The notes under the pieces are model-generated. The model saw only the letters and a program-made list of their open reading frames with translations, was not told where the DNA came from and did no database searches. From Octopus sinensis (lineage: Eukaryota): DNA of 64,000 bases. The DNA lies in assembly GCF_006345805.1 (NCBI RefSeq), contig NC_043002.1, positions 8,866,001 to 8,930,000 of the forward strand. Reading direction: 5' to 3'. Within the stretch, counting starts at the first letter, position 1, and every line of letters begins with the position of its first letter. The translations under genes were made by a program, and so were the position numbers. Shown here in pieces: positions 9,289 to 21,864 of this stretch.

Positions 9289-12200
9289 ATCCGGAGGAGG
9301 TGAGCACGTCACCTTCTTCCATCTCGTTTCCCAAACATCGTGCATTCTATGTAAAAGATCTGGTGTCGAAGACATTCTTCATGGTAGACACCGGTTCCTG
9401 TTGCAGCATCTGGCCCCTTCGTCTGGCTGCAGACAAGCCGAAGCGCTCTTCGATTGTCTTGCATGCTATTGACTCGTCTCCCATAACCACTTACGGTCAG
9501 ATTTCGCTGCGCCTCAACCTCAACCTTCGCCGAGACTTTCGATGGGTTTTCGTCATCGCTGACATCCCACATCCTATTCTCGGCGCTGATTTCCTGGATA
9601 GGTTTAACCTATTGGTGGATGTCAGGCGTCGGAGGCTTCTTGATAGCACGACGTCGCTCTCTACACCGACTGGGAGTTCCACCACTGCGGTCCTTAGCCC
9701 GACATTCTTGTTGCCACCTCTGGAGACCCATTTCACTCTCTTTTGGTTTCATTTCCGGAGCTAGTGGACATTGCCTTTAAACCGGAAAATCCTACCCACT
9801 CGACCCTCCATTTCATCACCACCAATGGGCCACCTGTATTCTCACGCCCCCGGCGCCTAGCGCCAGACCGACTAAAACGGCCAGAGCCGAGTTTGAGCAC
9901 ATGCTTCAACTTGGCCTTATACGCCCCTCCACCAGCCCATGGGCATCTCCCCTTCATTTGGCGCGAAAGGGCGAGTCTGATTTTCGCCCGGTTGGAGACT
10001 ATCGACGCCTCAATGCCGTCACAATAGCCGATCGCTATCCGATTAGAAATCTCCGGGACTTTACAGCAAATCTCCATGGTTGTACCATTTTTTCGAAGGT
10101 CGATCTGATACGCGCTTACCACCAAATACCGGTCAACCCAGCCGACGTTCCAAAACTGCAATCACTACCCCGTTTGGGTGTTTTGAGTTTTTGTACATGA
10201 GTTTCGGTTTGCGGAATGCTACTAGCACCTTCCAGCGTTTCATTGATGAGGTTGTCCGCGGTCTTGATTTTGTGTTTGCCTATGTCGATGACATACTCAT
10301 TGCGAGCGACACACGAGAAAATCATCTCCGGCACCTTTCTCAACTCTTCCAGCGTCTTCGCGCGTATAGCATACGCATAAACCCCGACAAGTGTGTTTTC
10401 GGACGCTCTTCCCTAGATTTTCTAGGGCATCATATTGATTCGACTGGAATCAGCCCCCTCTCGTCAAAAGTCGATGCCATTCAACGCATCGCACCCCCCA
10501 CTTCCTTGCGCCAGCTCAGGCATTATCTAGGGATGGTCAATTTCTACCGACGCTTCATTCCCGGTTGTGCAGATAAGCTGCTACCTCTCACCAGGCTGTT
10601 AAAGGACTCTCCTAGAAAGGACAGTCAAGTCACCCTCTCTGTTGAGGCAGTGACAGCCTTTGAGTCCATTAAGAAGGAGCTGGCTTCTGTTTCTTTGCTT
10701 GCACATCCAGTTCCTGGTGCTTCTCTCTCTTTGACTGTGGACGCATCGGACACTGCGATTGGCGCTGTGTTACAACACACAGTGGATGACCATGTTCGAC
10801 CTCTAGCCTTCTTTTCCCGTCAACTGCAACCAGCTGAACGACGATACAGCACCTTTGATCGTGAGCTCCTAGCGATCTATCTATCGGTTCGTCATTTCCA
10901 GCATCAACTTGAAGGGCGAGATTTTGTGATCTATACGGATCACAAGCCCCTTACGTTTGCCCTGTTTTCAAAAACGGACAAACTCTCACCCCGTGCTTTT
11001 CGGCACCTGGATTTTATCTCTCAATTTACTAGCAACATTCGACACATACCTGGAAAAGAGAACGTTCCTGCTGACGCTCTCTCTCGCCTTCCAGTTTGCG
11101 CCCTTTCGTCTCCTGCTGCTATCGACTTAGCTGCCATATCGCAGGAGCAGCCACCTTTGGCGTCGTTAGATTTAACTTCTCCTTCTCAGTTCTCCTGTTG
11201 CCAGTTTTCCTACCTTCCGCTTCCGTCAGCCGAAGGCACCATTCTTTGTGACACTTCAACTGGATCTCCCAGGCCACTGGTGCCTGAGACCCATCAACGC
11301 TCAGTGTTTGAAGCACTGCACTCCTTATCACATCCTGGCATCGCTGCCACCCTCAAACTAATCACTGCTCGGTTTTTCTGGCCGAATATGCGTCGCACAA
11401 TTACTTCTTGGACACGCACCTGCTCCAAGTGTCAACGATCCAAGATTCAACGGCACGTTCGTGCCCTTGGACAATTTCCCCCCACGGAGGCCCGTTTTCG
11501 CCATGTCCACATCGATCTGGTTGGACCATGGCCTGTGAGTCGCGGGTTCTCTTATCTATTAACTTGTGTCGATCGTTTCTCCCGCTGGCCAGAAGCCATT
11601 CCGATAGCAGACATTTCTGCTGAGACTGTTGCGCGAGCTTTCGTTTCAAACTGGATTTCTCGCTTCGGAGTCCCGTCCCGATTGACAACTGATCGTGGAC
11701 GACAGTTTGAGGCCTCGCTATTTCGCGAATTGTCGCGAATTTTGGGTATGCACCATATCCACACCACAAGCTACCATCCAGCGTCTAATGGATTGGTTGA
11801 GCGGTTCCATAGACAGCTCAAGGCCGCTCTTCGTGCCTCTTCGGACCCACAGTCCTGGATCGAATTTCTGCCCATTGTGCTTCTCGGCTGTCGGACTGCT
11901 GTCAAGGCAGACCTGGGGTTTTCTGCTGCAGAGCTGCTGTATGGTACCACACTGGCATTGCCCGGTACGATGTTGGTGCCAGACACTTCCCCGCCCCATG
12001 ATCCGGCGACCTATGTCACCAGACTGCGGGAATATTTTTCAAACCTTCCGCCCATGCTTCCCAGAAAGCAATCTCCACCGTCCCATCTTCCACCGGATAT
12101 GAACACCTGGTCGCATGTTTTTGTTCGGGACGATTCTGTGAAGGGCCACTTGTTTCTCCCTATAAAGGACCTTTTCGTGTGCTTTCTCGCACACCAAAGG

Positions 12201-12505
12201 TTTTCACGATTGAGATAAATGGTCGTTCGGAGACCGTTTCCGTGGACCGTTTAAAAAAGGCACATTTTGAGACGTCTTCATCTTTTGATGACAACCTTGA
12301 CACACCCACCTATGCACCTTTAACAACACTTTCACCTGCACAAACGCCTTCACCTGCACAAACGCCTTCACCTGCACAAACACCTTCACCGGCTCCTACA
12401 ACACCACCCTCGCCGTCAACGGGTGCCCCGAGCACACCGTATGTTACAAAATCGGGCAGAACAGTGCATTGGCCCAAGAAACTTTCAAAAACAATTTACA
12501 TTTAA
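9279..12505 (+). CDS. pol: pol: aspartic protease, reverse transcriptase, RNase H, integrase (several 1-bp frameshifts as assembled)
   Basis: VDTGS (PR); DYRRLN and YVDD (RT); VDAS, RELLA, TDHKPL (RH); H-H-C-C finger, [23 protein letters not shown] (IN); GPF-type C-terminus; 18-bp SPAQTP x3 tail. Confidence 0.93.
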
Positions 12506-12622
12506 CTTTCTTTAAAATGTTTCTTATTGTATAATAGTATGTACCAAGTCTTCTGGGGGATCGGCAAGCCTTCTGTTTTCTGCAGCACCACCACAATATT
12601 CTGGTTGCCGTACTTCGCACTC

Positions 12623-12634
12623 GGAGGGGAGCCC
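12623..12634 (+). promoter_or_regulatory. Polypurine tract
   Basis: ggaggggagccc directly before the 3' LTR. Confidence 0.75.
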
Positions 12635-13049
12635 TGTAGTGATGCTACAGTGTAGGGTTCGGCGCGCATGCGCAGAATGGGACTACTTCCGGGTGGCCAC
12701 CGGAAGTCTTCCCCATGCGCATGTGCGGGAAAACATCTCTCGAGCCCGCGAACCTCAAATCTCTCTCTTCGGCTCAAGACAGCACTGCGATCGGTCACGG
12801 TTTTCCTGGCTCTGACAGCCACACACCACTTCAACCAACTTCAACCAACCTCAACGACCAACACCAGCATACTCAGAGGCTGTCTATTCCCCCATCAGAC
12901 AACGTACAACCATGAATCAATAAACCAAGTTGTCTGTTCACCTTTAACCTGAGTTTCGTCTGTTTGTTTTCTACAAGAATTTTTGTATGTGACTAGAAAG
13001 GATCTCGACACCCTGCCAGTGCTTCGATGATAGATCCTTTCACGTTACA
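12635..13049 (+). repeat. 3' LTR (415 bp)
   Basis: Near-identical to 8005-8422. Confidence 0.95.
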
Positions 13050-13474
13050 GTTTGTAAGATATTTGTTGGCTTTTTTTTCTTCAATTTCTGCAATTTCAAC
13101 CAATCACTGACGTCTGTTGGGGTGAAAACATTCTGTGCCGTATGAATATGTCCCTCGTTTAAGAAACAGATTGGGTTTATTTACATTTCTGAAGAAAGAA
13201 AAGATACCCTTCCCCCCGCTCTTACCCTAACCCTAAATCAGATTGAAATGCAATAGATCGATACTAGGCTCATAATTATGGGTGACAATTTCATATGACA
13301 CCGCTAGAAAAAACTGCTGTTGAAACCGAAAAGATCCATATTTTCTTTTCTGCTAGAACACTGATTGAAGAGACAAATACATAGACGAGATTCATATCAA
13401 AGGCAAAATTATAATTATAAATACAATATATGATAATTAATCCAAAACGGAAAACTACGTAGAATAAATCAAGA

Positions 13475-13637
13475 GGCGCAGGAGTGGGTGTGTGGTAAGT
13501 AGCTTGCTTACCAACCACATGGTTCCGGGTTCAGTCCCACTGCGTGGCATCTTGGGCAAGTGTCTTCTGCTATAGCCCCGAGCCGACCAATGCCTTGTGA
13601 GTGGATTTGGTAGACGGAAACTGAAAGAAGCCTGTCG

Positions 13638-13679
<42 letters not shown>

Positions 13680-13897
13680 CGTGTATGTTTGTGTGTCTGT
13701 GTTTCTACCCCCCACCATCACTTGACAACCGATGCTGGTGTGTTTACGTCCCCGTCACTTAGCGGTTCGGCAAAAAGAGGCCGATAGAATAAGTACTAGG
13801 CTTCCAAAGAATAAGTCCTGGAGTTGATTTGCTTGACTAAAGGTGGTGCTCCAGCATGGTCACAGTCAAATGACTGAAACAAGTAAAAGAGAAAGAG
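13475..13897 (+). mobile_element. tRNA-derived SINE, family 1 (CORE-like middle, internal TA/TG microsatellite)
   Basis: tRNA-like head with A/B boxes (gtggtaag..., ggttcagtccc), gcaccttgggcaagtg core; same family at 42931, 55938, 57612. Confidence 0.85.
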
Positions 13898-14159
13898 TTC
13901 TCAACCATTTTGTGCCATCCACCACTCTTTTTGTCATAGCCACCTTGTCGTTACAGGAAAACACCATTAATTTTACTCTGGAGATACTTGGCATTGTATT
14001 CATCCTACATGATGCAGTAGCTGTTTGATGTAGGCCCACAGGGAAGAATTTACAGTCAATTGATGAGAGCAGGTATACCTCAGCTACATCTTGGATAAGG
14101 CTGCAGTTCAAACTGCTATACTTGTACATCTTGTCTGGAACAGCCATAGTATTCTGGAA

Positions 14160-14386
14160 GCTGCTTGGCAGAAACTTTAGCACACTGGGCAAAATGCGTA
14201 GCTGTATTTCGTCTGCCATTACGCTCCGAGTTCAAATTCTGCCGAGGTCAACTTCGCCTTTCATCCTTTCGGGGTCGATAAATTAAGTACCAGCTACGCA
14301 CTAGGGTCGATATAATCGACTTAATCCCTTTGTCTGTCCTTGTTTGTCCCCTCTGTGTTTAACCCCTTGTGGGTAGTAAAGAAATA
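14160..14386 (+). mobile_element. tRNA-derived SINE, family 2
   Basis: ctggcagaaac...gagttcaaattc...tcatcctttcggggtcgataaattaagtacc; same family at 45912, 48925, 52949. Confidence 0.85.
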
Positions 14387-14696
14387 TATAATCTTCAATC
14401 TGAAAGTCCTTTGTAAGAGCCTTCTAACATTCCGAGCTTTTTGCCAGTTATGCCATCCACTAATTCCCAACAGAATGCTGGCTCATTTCTGCTACTAACT
14501 GCACGATCGCGCCAGTGGACCATTCTATGAGGTTTGAACTATTCCACATTGCCAGTCTCAGTCAAGGCTTTATCTAAAACTTCAACTTTCTCATTGTTAC
14601 AAGCTGAGGAAAAAAAAAAAAATTCATTACAAATAAATGCAGCATTAGCTTTACATCAACATCAAAATAAATATCAAATGGAAATTGTAGTTCTGA

Positions 14697-15010
14697 TACC
14701 TGTGCCAGTGGCACGTAAAAAGCACCATCCAAACGTGGCTGATGCCAGCGCCGCCTTGACTGGCTTCTGTGCCAGTGGCACGTAAAAAGCACCAACCGAT
14801 CGTGGCCGCTGCCAGCCTCCCCTGGCATGTAAAAAGCACCCATTATGCTCACGGAGTGGTTGACATTAGGAAGGGCATCCAGTTTAGAAATACTGCCGAT
14901 CAGACTGGAGCCTGGTGCAGCCTTCTGGCTTCCCAGACCCCAGTTGAACCGTCCAACCCATGCTAGCATGGAAAACGGACGTTAAACTATGATGATGATG
15001 ATGATGATGA
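14697..15010 (+). mobile_element. RTE 3'-end fragment with tandem units and (GAT)n tail
   Basis: gtggcacgtaaaaagcacc units followed by the conserved terminal module. Confidence 0.85.
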
Positions 15011-15029
15011 CATCAGAAAGAAGAGTATC

Positions 15030-15290
15030 TGTTACTTTACAGAGTGTGTGCTAACAACAGTTGGACACTGACCAATGGTTCCTCTGGTTCATCTTCAAAA
15101 AAGCAAAAGATAAGCTTTCCAATTTGATCAGATGTTCTTTAGGACATGCATGGGCTTTGGGCAGTAGCACAACACTAAAGCAATGTATCTTTTGGACTCC
15201 TCAGTCTTGCCTTTCAGAGACAACTTCCTTCCAAACCATTTCTGGGTGAGATTTGCCCCTCTGTTTGCTACCTGGTCCAAGTTCCCTATT
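15030..15290 (-). mobile_element. Possible Tx1/L1-like LINE remnant
   Basis: Minus translation NLTQKWFGRKLSLKGK...KLESLSFAF resembles the post-RT W..R.LSL.GK motif of L1/Tx1 ORF2. Confidence 0.4.
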
Positions 15291-15489
15291 TAGAGGTTCG
15301 GAGTGAAGTAAATACAAGGATGCTTTACCACAATTAGTTCAATAAATCGTCATCATCATCATTTAATGTCTGTTGTCCATGCTGGCATGGGTTGGATGGT
15401 TTGACCAGAGCTGGCAAGCTGAGGGGTTACACCAGACTCCAGTCTGATATGGCATGGTTTCTACGACTGGATGCCCTTCCTAACATCAG

Positions 15490-16514
15490 TGATCTCTGGA
15501 AACTCATGCCCTAACATAAACAGGATGTAAATACCTACAATATCTGTAACCTCAGCTGAATCCCCAACCCCCATAGGAATATCAAAACCATCATAACTAT
15601 CCTTTCTAACCCAAGACTTATTCCCAAATACAATAACAGATCATCTAGCCACTAAAAGGATCTTAATTTCATCTATACTTAAGTCAGAATTACTCTTAGC
15701 AAATATTAGGGCCTTGTTTAAAACGACTTGATTAATCGAAGAATAATAATTGTTAATATCTATTTAAATAAATCTATTCCTACCCTTATTCTCGATTTTA
15801 TTAAACCAATCAATAACTTCATAAGAGTTAGACCAAAGATGCAACTTTATTTTATCCTTGAGAATTGGAATATACTTGTCTAAAATGGCCTTTCTGGGTC
15901 TCCCCAAATCTGATTTCCCTGGTCAAATCAGGTGCATTGTAGGGTTACAATAAAAATTTTTCTTATAGCCTTTTAAAAAGAATCTAGGTCTTTTAGGAAC
16001 AAATGGTAATCCTCCAAATGATAATCTTCCATAATAGTTTTAGCAATTAAATTATTCGTCCTCAAAACATTCTGATCAGCTATTGGTAGTTTCCTTTTTT
16101 AATAGCTTGTGATAAAGAGTAATGTTATGATTATATAAGTTTCTGGTCTTATCAGAGTGAACAATAATGCCTTTCTTCTTTCTTAAGTCAGAAACAATTG
16201 ATTTCAATTTCAATAAATGATTTTTACCCTTAATGGGGAATTTTTTAGACTTAACATTCTTAACGGTGTCCCATAATCCATTTTCAAAACTAGTAAGATG
16301 ACTATTCAAAGGTGGAAATTTCATAGCTTTAAAAATTTTCTGATATAATATTTTCATTAACAGCTCCTCGATCAATATCTGACAACTCAGTCCTTCTATT
16401 CCATCTGAGTCAATGAATAAATTCAGTAGTTTTAATTATCAGGTCTTTCAAAAATTCTTTCTTAGATGGAATTGGAATATCCTTCATAGATATGTCAACA
16501 GCAATCTTTTCCAT
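15490..16514 (-). mobile_element. Penelope-like element, N-terminal and RT region (decayed)
   Basis: SMKDIPIPSKKEF, SDKTRNLY, FI*IDINNYYSSI (motif A), FDIPMGVGDSAEVTDIVGIYIL (motif B'). Confidence 0.85.
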
Positions 16515-16649
16515 TCTACCTGGTTGAACAAATAACACAAGACTACCGAAGTAGCAAAACAATAATAAAGGAGATGTCAAACATCCAAATTCACTGATAC
16601 AATTTCTGCTTTCCATTGTTGATTTTATTTTTTATGTATATATATATAA

Positions 16650-16895
16650 GGATTCAAGCAAGGTCATTGCCAGCACCGCCTGACTGGCCCCCGTGCCAGT
16701 GGCATATAAAAAGCACCCACTACACTCTGGGAGTGGTTGGCTTTAGGAAGGGCATCCAGCTGTAGAAACTCTGCCAGATCAAGATCGGAGCCTGGTGCGG
16801 CCATCTGGTTCACCAGCCTTCAATCAAAGCCGTCCAACCCATGCTAGCATGGAAAGTGGATGTTAAACGATGATGATGATGATGATGATGATGAT
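16650..16895 (+). mobile_element. RTE 3'-end fragment with (GAT)n tail
   Basis: Same terminal module as the other copies. Confidence 0.8.
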
Positions 16896-16944
16896 ATATT
16901 CACTATTTACAAAATCGATAAATAAAATATAAGGAAAAGAAAAA

Positions 16945-17214
16945 GCCAGTTCTGGAGTGGTTTTACGTGGATCTTTCTCCAATGATGGTTTTCAATTGAC
17001 TGTCATCAATGATAGATAGGCATCCACTATACCCATAATCTTCAAGGCTCAGGTCTCAACTGCAAAATTGCTTAAATCATTTTCGAGCTGACCACTCACT
17101 GATCATTTCCTCACCAAACATTTTGTTGATATCTCGAGCAGTTTCAGCTGCTTTACATCCTTTTTTAAAGTTGAATAGCAAAATTGCTCGAATATCGTGC
17201 TTTGACACTTCCAT
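16945..17214 (-). pseudogene. mariner transposase N-terminal (HTH) remnant
   Basis: MEVSKHDIRAILLFNFKKGCKAAETARDINKMFGEEMISEWSARK*F...DLSLED...IIDDSQLKTII matches Mos1-type HTH region. Confidence 0.85.
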
Positions 17215-17404
17215 TTCAGATGGTTGTAACAACGGTGAAAAAAATATTAATGTTAATTTATTGATGCATTTGCGCAAGTCAATATCTGTATAATAAGATA
17301 ATTGCAAAAAGTGTCTAAAAAAAATTTTAAACTCTGCAAAAATCTGGTGCAAACTCTTCATGATTCAAAACGTTGCTTACTTTTCACTCAACCTGATATA
17401 TATA

Positions 17405-18294
17405 TCTTACATATAAACACTGAAAATGTCTCTCTCTCTCTCTGTATCGGTGTGTCCTCGTTTTGCAACAAAACGGCTCGACCAATTTTTCTTAACCTTC
17501 ACACACACATTGCTTATGTGTCAGGGGAGGTTTTAAGTATAAATTGATTTCGAAAAAATGATTGGGTAAATGGCAAGAGGAATAACATTTGGGCGTGAGT
17601 GAATGGTAGAAGTAAGTATTTTTAAGCTTCCAAGGGAAATAACCCATTCCCTCCTGGAAATAACCACTAAGGGAAATAACCCATTCCTTTTCAGTATGTT
17701 TATTTCTTAGTATTTGAACTATTTTAGTTATTTTCTCAATTTATCCAATACAACTCTTAAACAAGTAAATGGTATTCTCCTAAACAATAGATCCACTTAT
17801 TTCGGTTGGTGGCTTATTCACGAATATACCAACAGTAGTGCTGCAGAGGGTAATATTCTCTGGGAACACACAAAAGCATTTTTTCACAGTTAATTACTTT
17901 GAATTGTTATTATCTTATATCTGTTAGCCTGTTATTATGTAACATGCTTCACGATTTTAGTATACATACCTTATTAGTATTTCTTCCTAAAATCTATATA
18001 CTCTGGGAACGTATTAAAGCCCTTTTCGGGGCTACTTTATTTGAATTCTTACTATAGGGTAATTAATTTCAGGTTATTACATAACTGACTTCACAATTTG
18101 GGTATTCATAACTTACTGGGAATTCCTAAAAACAAGATCCTTTGTAAGACAGTTCGGTATTCTCAATAAATACATGAAAACTGTTTTAAGGGCTACAAAC
18201 TTTGTCTTGTTGTTACTGGATTAGCGAAACAATTATGAGAATCAAACCAAGGAATAAGTCCACTTTCCCAGGAATTACCGGGTATGTCAGCTAC
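17405..18294 (+). mobile_element. Non-autonomous Helitron (~890 bp)
   Basis: A|TCTTACATATAAA 5' end with CT microsatellite; 3' hairpin ccc-aggaattacc-ggg then CTAC (CTAG variant)|T. Confidence 0.65.
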
Positions 18295-18299
18295 TATAT

Positions 18300-18383
18300 A
18301 TATAATAACAAATAATAAATAAAACATATGCATATATACATATGTATATATGCATATGTTTTATTTATTATTTGTTATTATAT
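18300..18383. repeat. Perfect 84-bp AT-rich palindrome with no spacer
   Basis: Centre between 18341 and 18342 (tacat|atgta); pairing holds out to 18300/18383. Confidence 0.9.
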
Positions 18384-18434
18384 GATCGAACGCCATGCAT
18401 CTTCTTCCAAGTAAGTTTTACTATATATATATAT

Positions 18435-18725
18435 ATAGGAGAGGAAAAAATAAAAAGGCAGAATGCTAAATTGAAAGTAAATTTTAATAAAAATGGGTGT
18501 ATGAAAAATTAAAAAAGAAATCAAACTGCCTTTCATTGCAAGGCAAATTTTCAAGATTTGGAAGGGGAAAGAAAAATTTTTTTAATTTTTTTCCCCTTCC
18601 ATATCTTGAAAATTTGCCTTTCTGTGTAAGCCGGTTTGATTTCTTTTTTAATTTTTCATACACCCATTTTTATTAAAATTTACTTTCAATTTAGCATTCT
18701 GCCTTTTTATTTTTTCCTCTCCTAT
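18435..18725. repeat. ~290-bp near-perfect fold-back
   Basis: ataggagaggaaaaaataaaaaggcagaatgc... mirrored by ...gcattctgcctttttattttttcctctcctat; starts at a (TA)n tract. Confidence 0.9.
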
Positions 18726-18914
18726 CATTTCTCTGCATGTGGTTAACGCAACCCCATCATTTACTGACTTATATATATGCTTATTATAGCCTCAGGCCAA
18801 CCAAAACCTTATGAGTGAATTTCGTAATCGGAAACTGAAAGAAGACTGTCGTATATATGTGTATATTTGTGTATATGTGTGAGTGTGTCTTCTGTTTGTA
18901 CCCCAAAAGGCAAT

Positions 18915-19166
18915 TTTTAGGAGCTGTACTTTTGTGATCCTTTCTGACAATTCACATAAGAATCTAACGGTCCCTATCTGAAAGTTTTGGTTTTCTTCTG
19001 GAGCTTTGTTTTAACGAGGAGGTTTTTACTCTTTCTCAAAGGCTGTCATTACCTTCAAGACAGTATTTCTTGATACACCAAATATTTTGGCTGTTTTCAT
19101 TACACTGGCGCCTGCCATATGAGCACCAACAATTTGACCTCTTTGAAAGTCCAACAGATCTGTCAT
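18915..19166 (-). pseudogene. Tc1 transposase N-terminal remnant
   Basis: MTDLLDFQRGQIVGAHMAGASVMKTAKIFGVSRNTVLKVMTAFEKE...KPKLSDRDR. Confidence 0.85.
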
Positions 19167-20546
19167 TTTAATGAATTTTAATTACCTTTTTCTGATGATA
19201 TCTGAAAAGAAACAGCAATTTTAGCAAAACATATTAACACTAATAAATCAAAAAACATAAAAATAAGCAAGCTTTGAAAACAATTCAAACTTTGTACGAG
19301 TCCATACCTCGTAGAATTCAAGCTGTAATTACAAAATAGTTTTAAGAATTTTATTTCTAAAAGAAAAAGAGGAAAGTTAAGAATTATTTAATCTGAACAA
19401 ACATCAGATAATTCCAGATAAAATAAAATGTTTTGAAACAAGCCACTAATTGCTTATATCTATATCCAATGGACTTTATACTCAGAATAGCTAAAAATAT
19501 TTACCTAACTCATTTCCATTGCTATTTTATTGTTAAACTAGAAAGTAACTCTTGAATTTCCCAAGAATATTCAATTTATTTCATAGGCAAAATACTTAAG
19601 ATTTTGGCTTAAAGGAAAATGAGATTGTACAATATTTATAGCTTTCTCTCAAGGAACACATTATAAGAAATATAAAACTGAGTTGCAAGTTTGGATCACC
19701 ATGAGCATACCTACACTCGGTAACATCATATTGTCTGACTAGTAAAACCTGAACATTGCAAAGTGGCTTGTTGATAGGAATATTGAACAATCAAACTTTG
19801 TGGCAGTGGGTGATAGGAGGCAAGTGTCATTTGTGTATAAGAAGGTATATATACCATGATAAAATAGCATGCCTACTTCTGAAGAAATGGAATGATTTGA
19901 GTGAAATGAAGAATTGCAAGATAAAAATCTATCATTATTTGGGGTGAGTAATAAAGATTATCATATTTTTTTATAAAGTAAAGTAACATCTAATATTGAT
20001 TTTTTTTTCAGTAATACAACATAATTTTAACCTGCATAATTTACAAAAATAGAAATAAGTTATATTATGCAGTTATGCAGAAAAAATTATAAAAATGGCA
20101 AGCATAAATGTGGTTTTACTTCAATATCCCATTCAAGGCAAGAAAACTCTATAAACAAGATCTATAGTTTGATACAATAATGCCTTTGAGTATATAAAAG
20201 TCCTGTTTTATGATCTTTAATTTTCATTGTCAAACAGACCAGGTATGTTATATACAAGCTTTGATGTTCAGCTGCCAAAAGAAATTTTTCATGTAATTTT
20301 AAACTGGCACAAAAGACCACAAAACCAAATCATTGGTAGCAAAATGGATATAAAAAGAATAAAAAAAGATAAATATATATATTTTTTTTTTGGCATCCTA
20401 CCAAAATTATACTCAAGGCAAATTAGATATAAGGTGTAAAAAAATAATAAATAAAATAAAATAAAAACAGTTTCTGTAACATCCAGATCATCAACATTGA
20501 CTGAACTCGCCTGTTTTCATTTCTCTACTGACTAAATTCAACTTTG

Positions 20547-20898
20547 GGATCTTTTCACTTTGACCGGCAGATTTTTAAAATAATTTCCACGTAACTAAAC
20601 ACTTTTAAACTTCGTATACTGGTAGAATGTGTTTATAAAACATCTTTTTCTCTTGGCTTTCTTGAGAAAATTCTATAGTTTGTAAGCTATTTGTTGTATA
20701 ATTTCTTGCATTTCGGCAATTTCAACCAATCAATGACGTCTATTGAGGTGAATCCAATTTGTCCGGATCATTGTCAACAACAATTATTTCCGGTGTCATA
20801 GATGTTTTATAAACACATCCTACCAGTATACAAAGTTTAAAAGTGTTTAGTTACAAAGAAATTATTTTTAAGATCTGCCGATCAAAGCGAAAAGATCC
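20547..20898. mobile_element. MITE family A (GG ends, 8-bp TSD)
   Basis: ~100-bp TIRs; perfect TSD caactttg (20539-20546, 20899-20906). Confidence 0.92.
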
Positions 20899-21864
20899 CA
20901 ACTTTGTATTTAATACACTACATTGACAAGGGAGAACATACACTGAAAATAAAGAATTCTTTAACAATTCCATTCATACTATTCTACCTCAATACATTTT
21001 AATAGACAAATGTTTTAATGATGGTTCATTTGAAAATTCAAACATCACACATTCTAAATCATAAAGAGAAACTTTTTACAGAGACCTGTTTCTCAACAAA
21101 TTTCTATAATCTAATATAAACAAGTGTGTGTGTGTTTGTGTGCATGCAAGTGAATATTAAGAATAAGGAAGGCAATTTCAGATGAGAGAAGATACATATA
21201 ACACATGTAGAAATGGATTTAAAAATCCCAGAAATGGGTAACACATTCACATTCTCAAAGGACTTTGTGTCCCTAAGTTACCCTTCAAAATATGAAATAT
21301 CTCTCCTTGTCTTTCAGCATATTCACTGCTTATGAATCATGCTTGTAAAATAGCTGCCTTACATAAACAATAAAAAAGTGAATGTAAACTTCGTATCAAA
21401 TTTTACAATAAAAGCCTCGGGCTTTTGCTTTTGCATATAGTTAAAATAACAAAAAAATATGTAAAAAGGATAGCTTTCAAATTTGAAGTGTTTTGAAGAA
21501 TTTTTCAGACAGTTCAATGAAATCTCATCTCTTCTTTACATTATATTCATTGGTGCAAAATATATATATATTCTTTTTCTTTTTTACTTGATAAAACAAA
21601 ACATTTGAAGCTGCCGTTGATACATAGAAAAATAAGAAATAGCTGCTTAAAACATAGAATACTGGAGACAACTTTCAAAGTATTGAGTTATTTTCCAGCA
21701 TATACATTTATATATATCAGGTTCCATGATAACATATAGTAGGATATATAATATTAATGCATATGTATAGTTCAACATTATTTTTTTTTTCTAGTTAGGA
21801 ATCCATTTTTATGGAGCCAGGGAGTTATCTGACCATATATGCTTTCAGATCTCACTAACGTTAA

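Larger units (their letters stand above)
8005..13049 (+). mobile_element. Ty3/Gypsy LTR retrotransposon, CsRn1-like, nearly full length and young
   Basis: TG...CA LTRs, 4-bp TSD gttt (8001-8004, 13050-13053), tRNA-Trp-type PBS, PPT, and gag-PR-RT-RH-IN order. Confidence 0.97.
7868..13337. mobile_element. MITE family A copy split by the Gypsy insertion
   Basis: Ends GGATCTTTTCGG / CCGAAAAGATCC; perfect 8-bp TSD atattttc (7860-7867, 13338-13345); removing the LTR element restores ttctatagtttgtaag as in the 20547 copy. Confidence 0.9.

Noticed and set aside
13475-13560. tRNA-like sequences (also 25130-25201, 35909-35980, 52949-53040)
   Set aside because: They continue into SINE bodies and lack clean cloverleaf acceptor stems, so they are SINE heads, not tRNA genes.
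14400-14605. Strong minus-strand acceptor (T12-CCTCAG) followed by a short ORF
   Set aside because: Stops after about 20 codons, no partner exon or homology found; the polypyrimidine tract is just a homopolymer.
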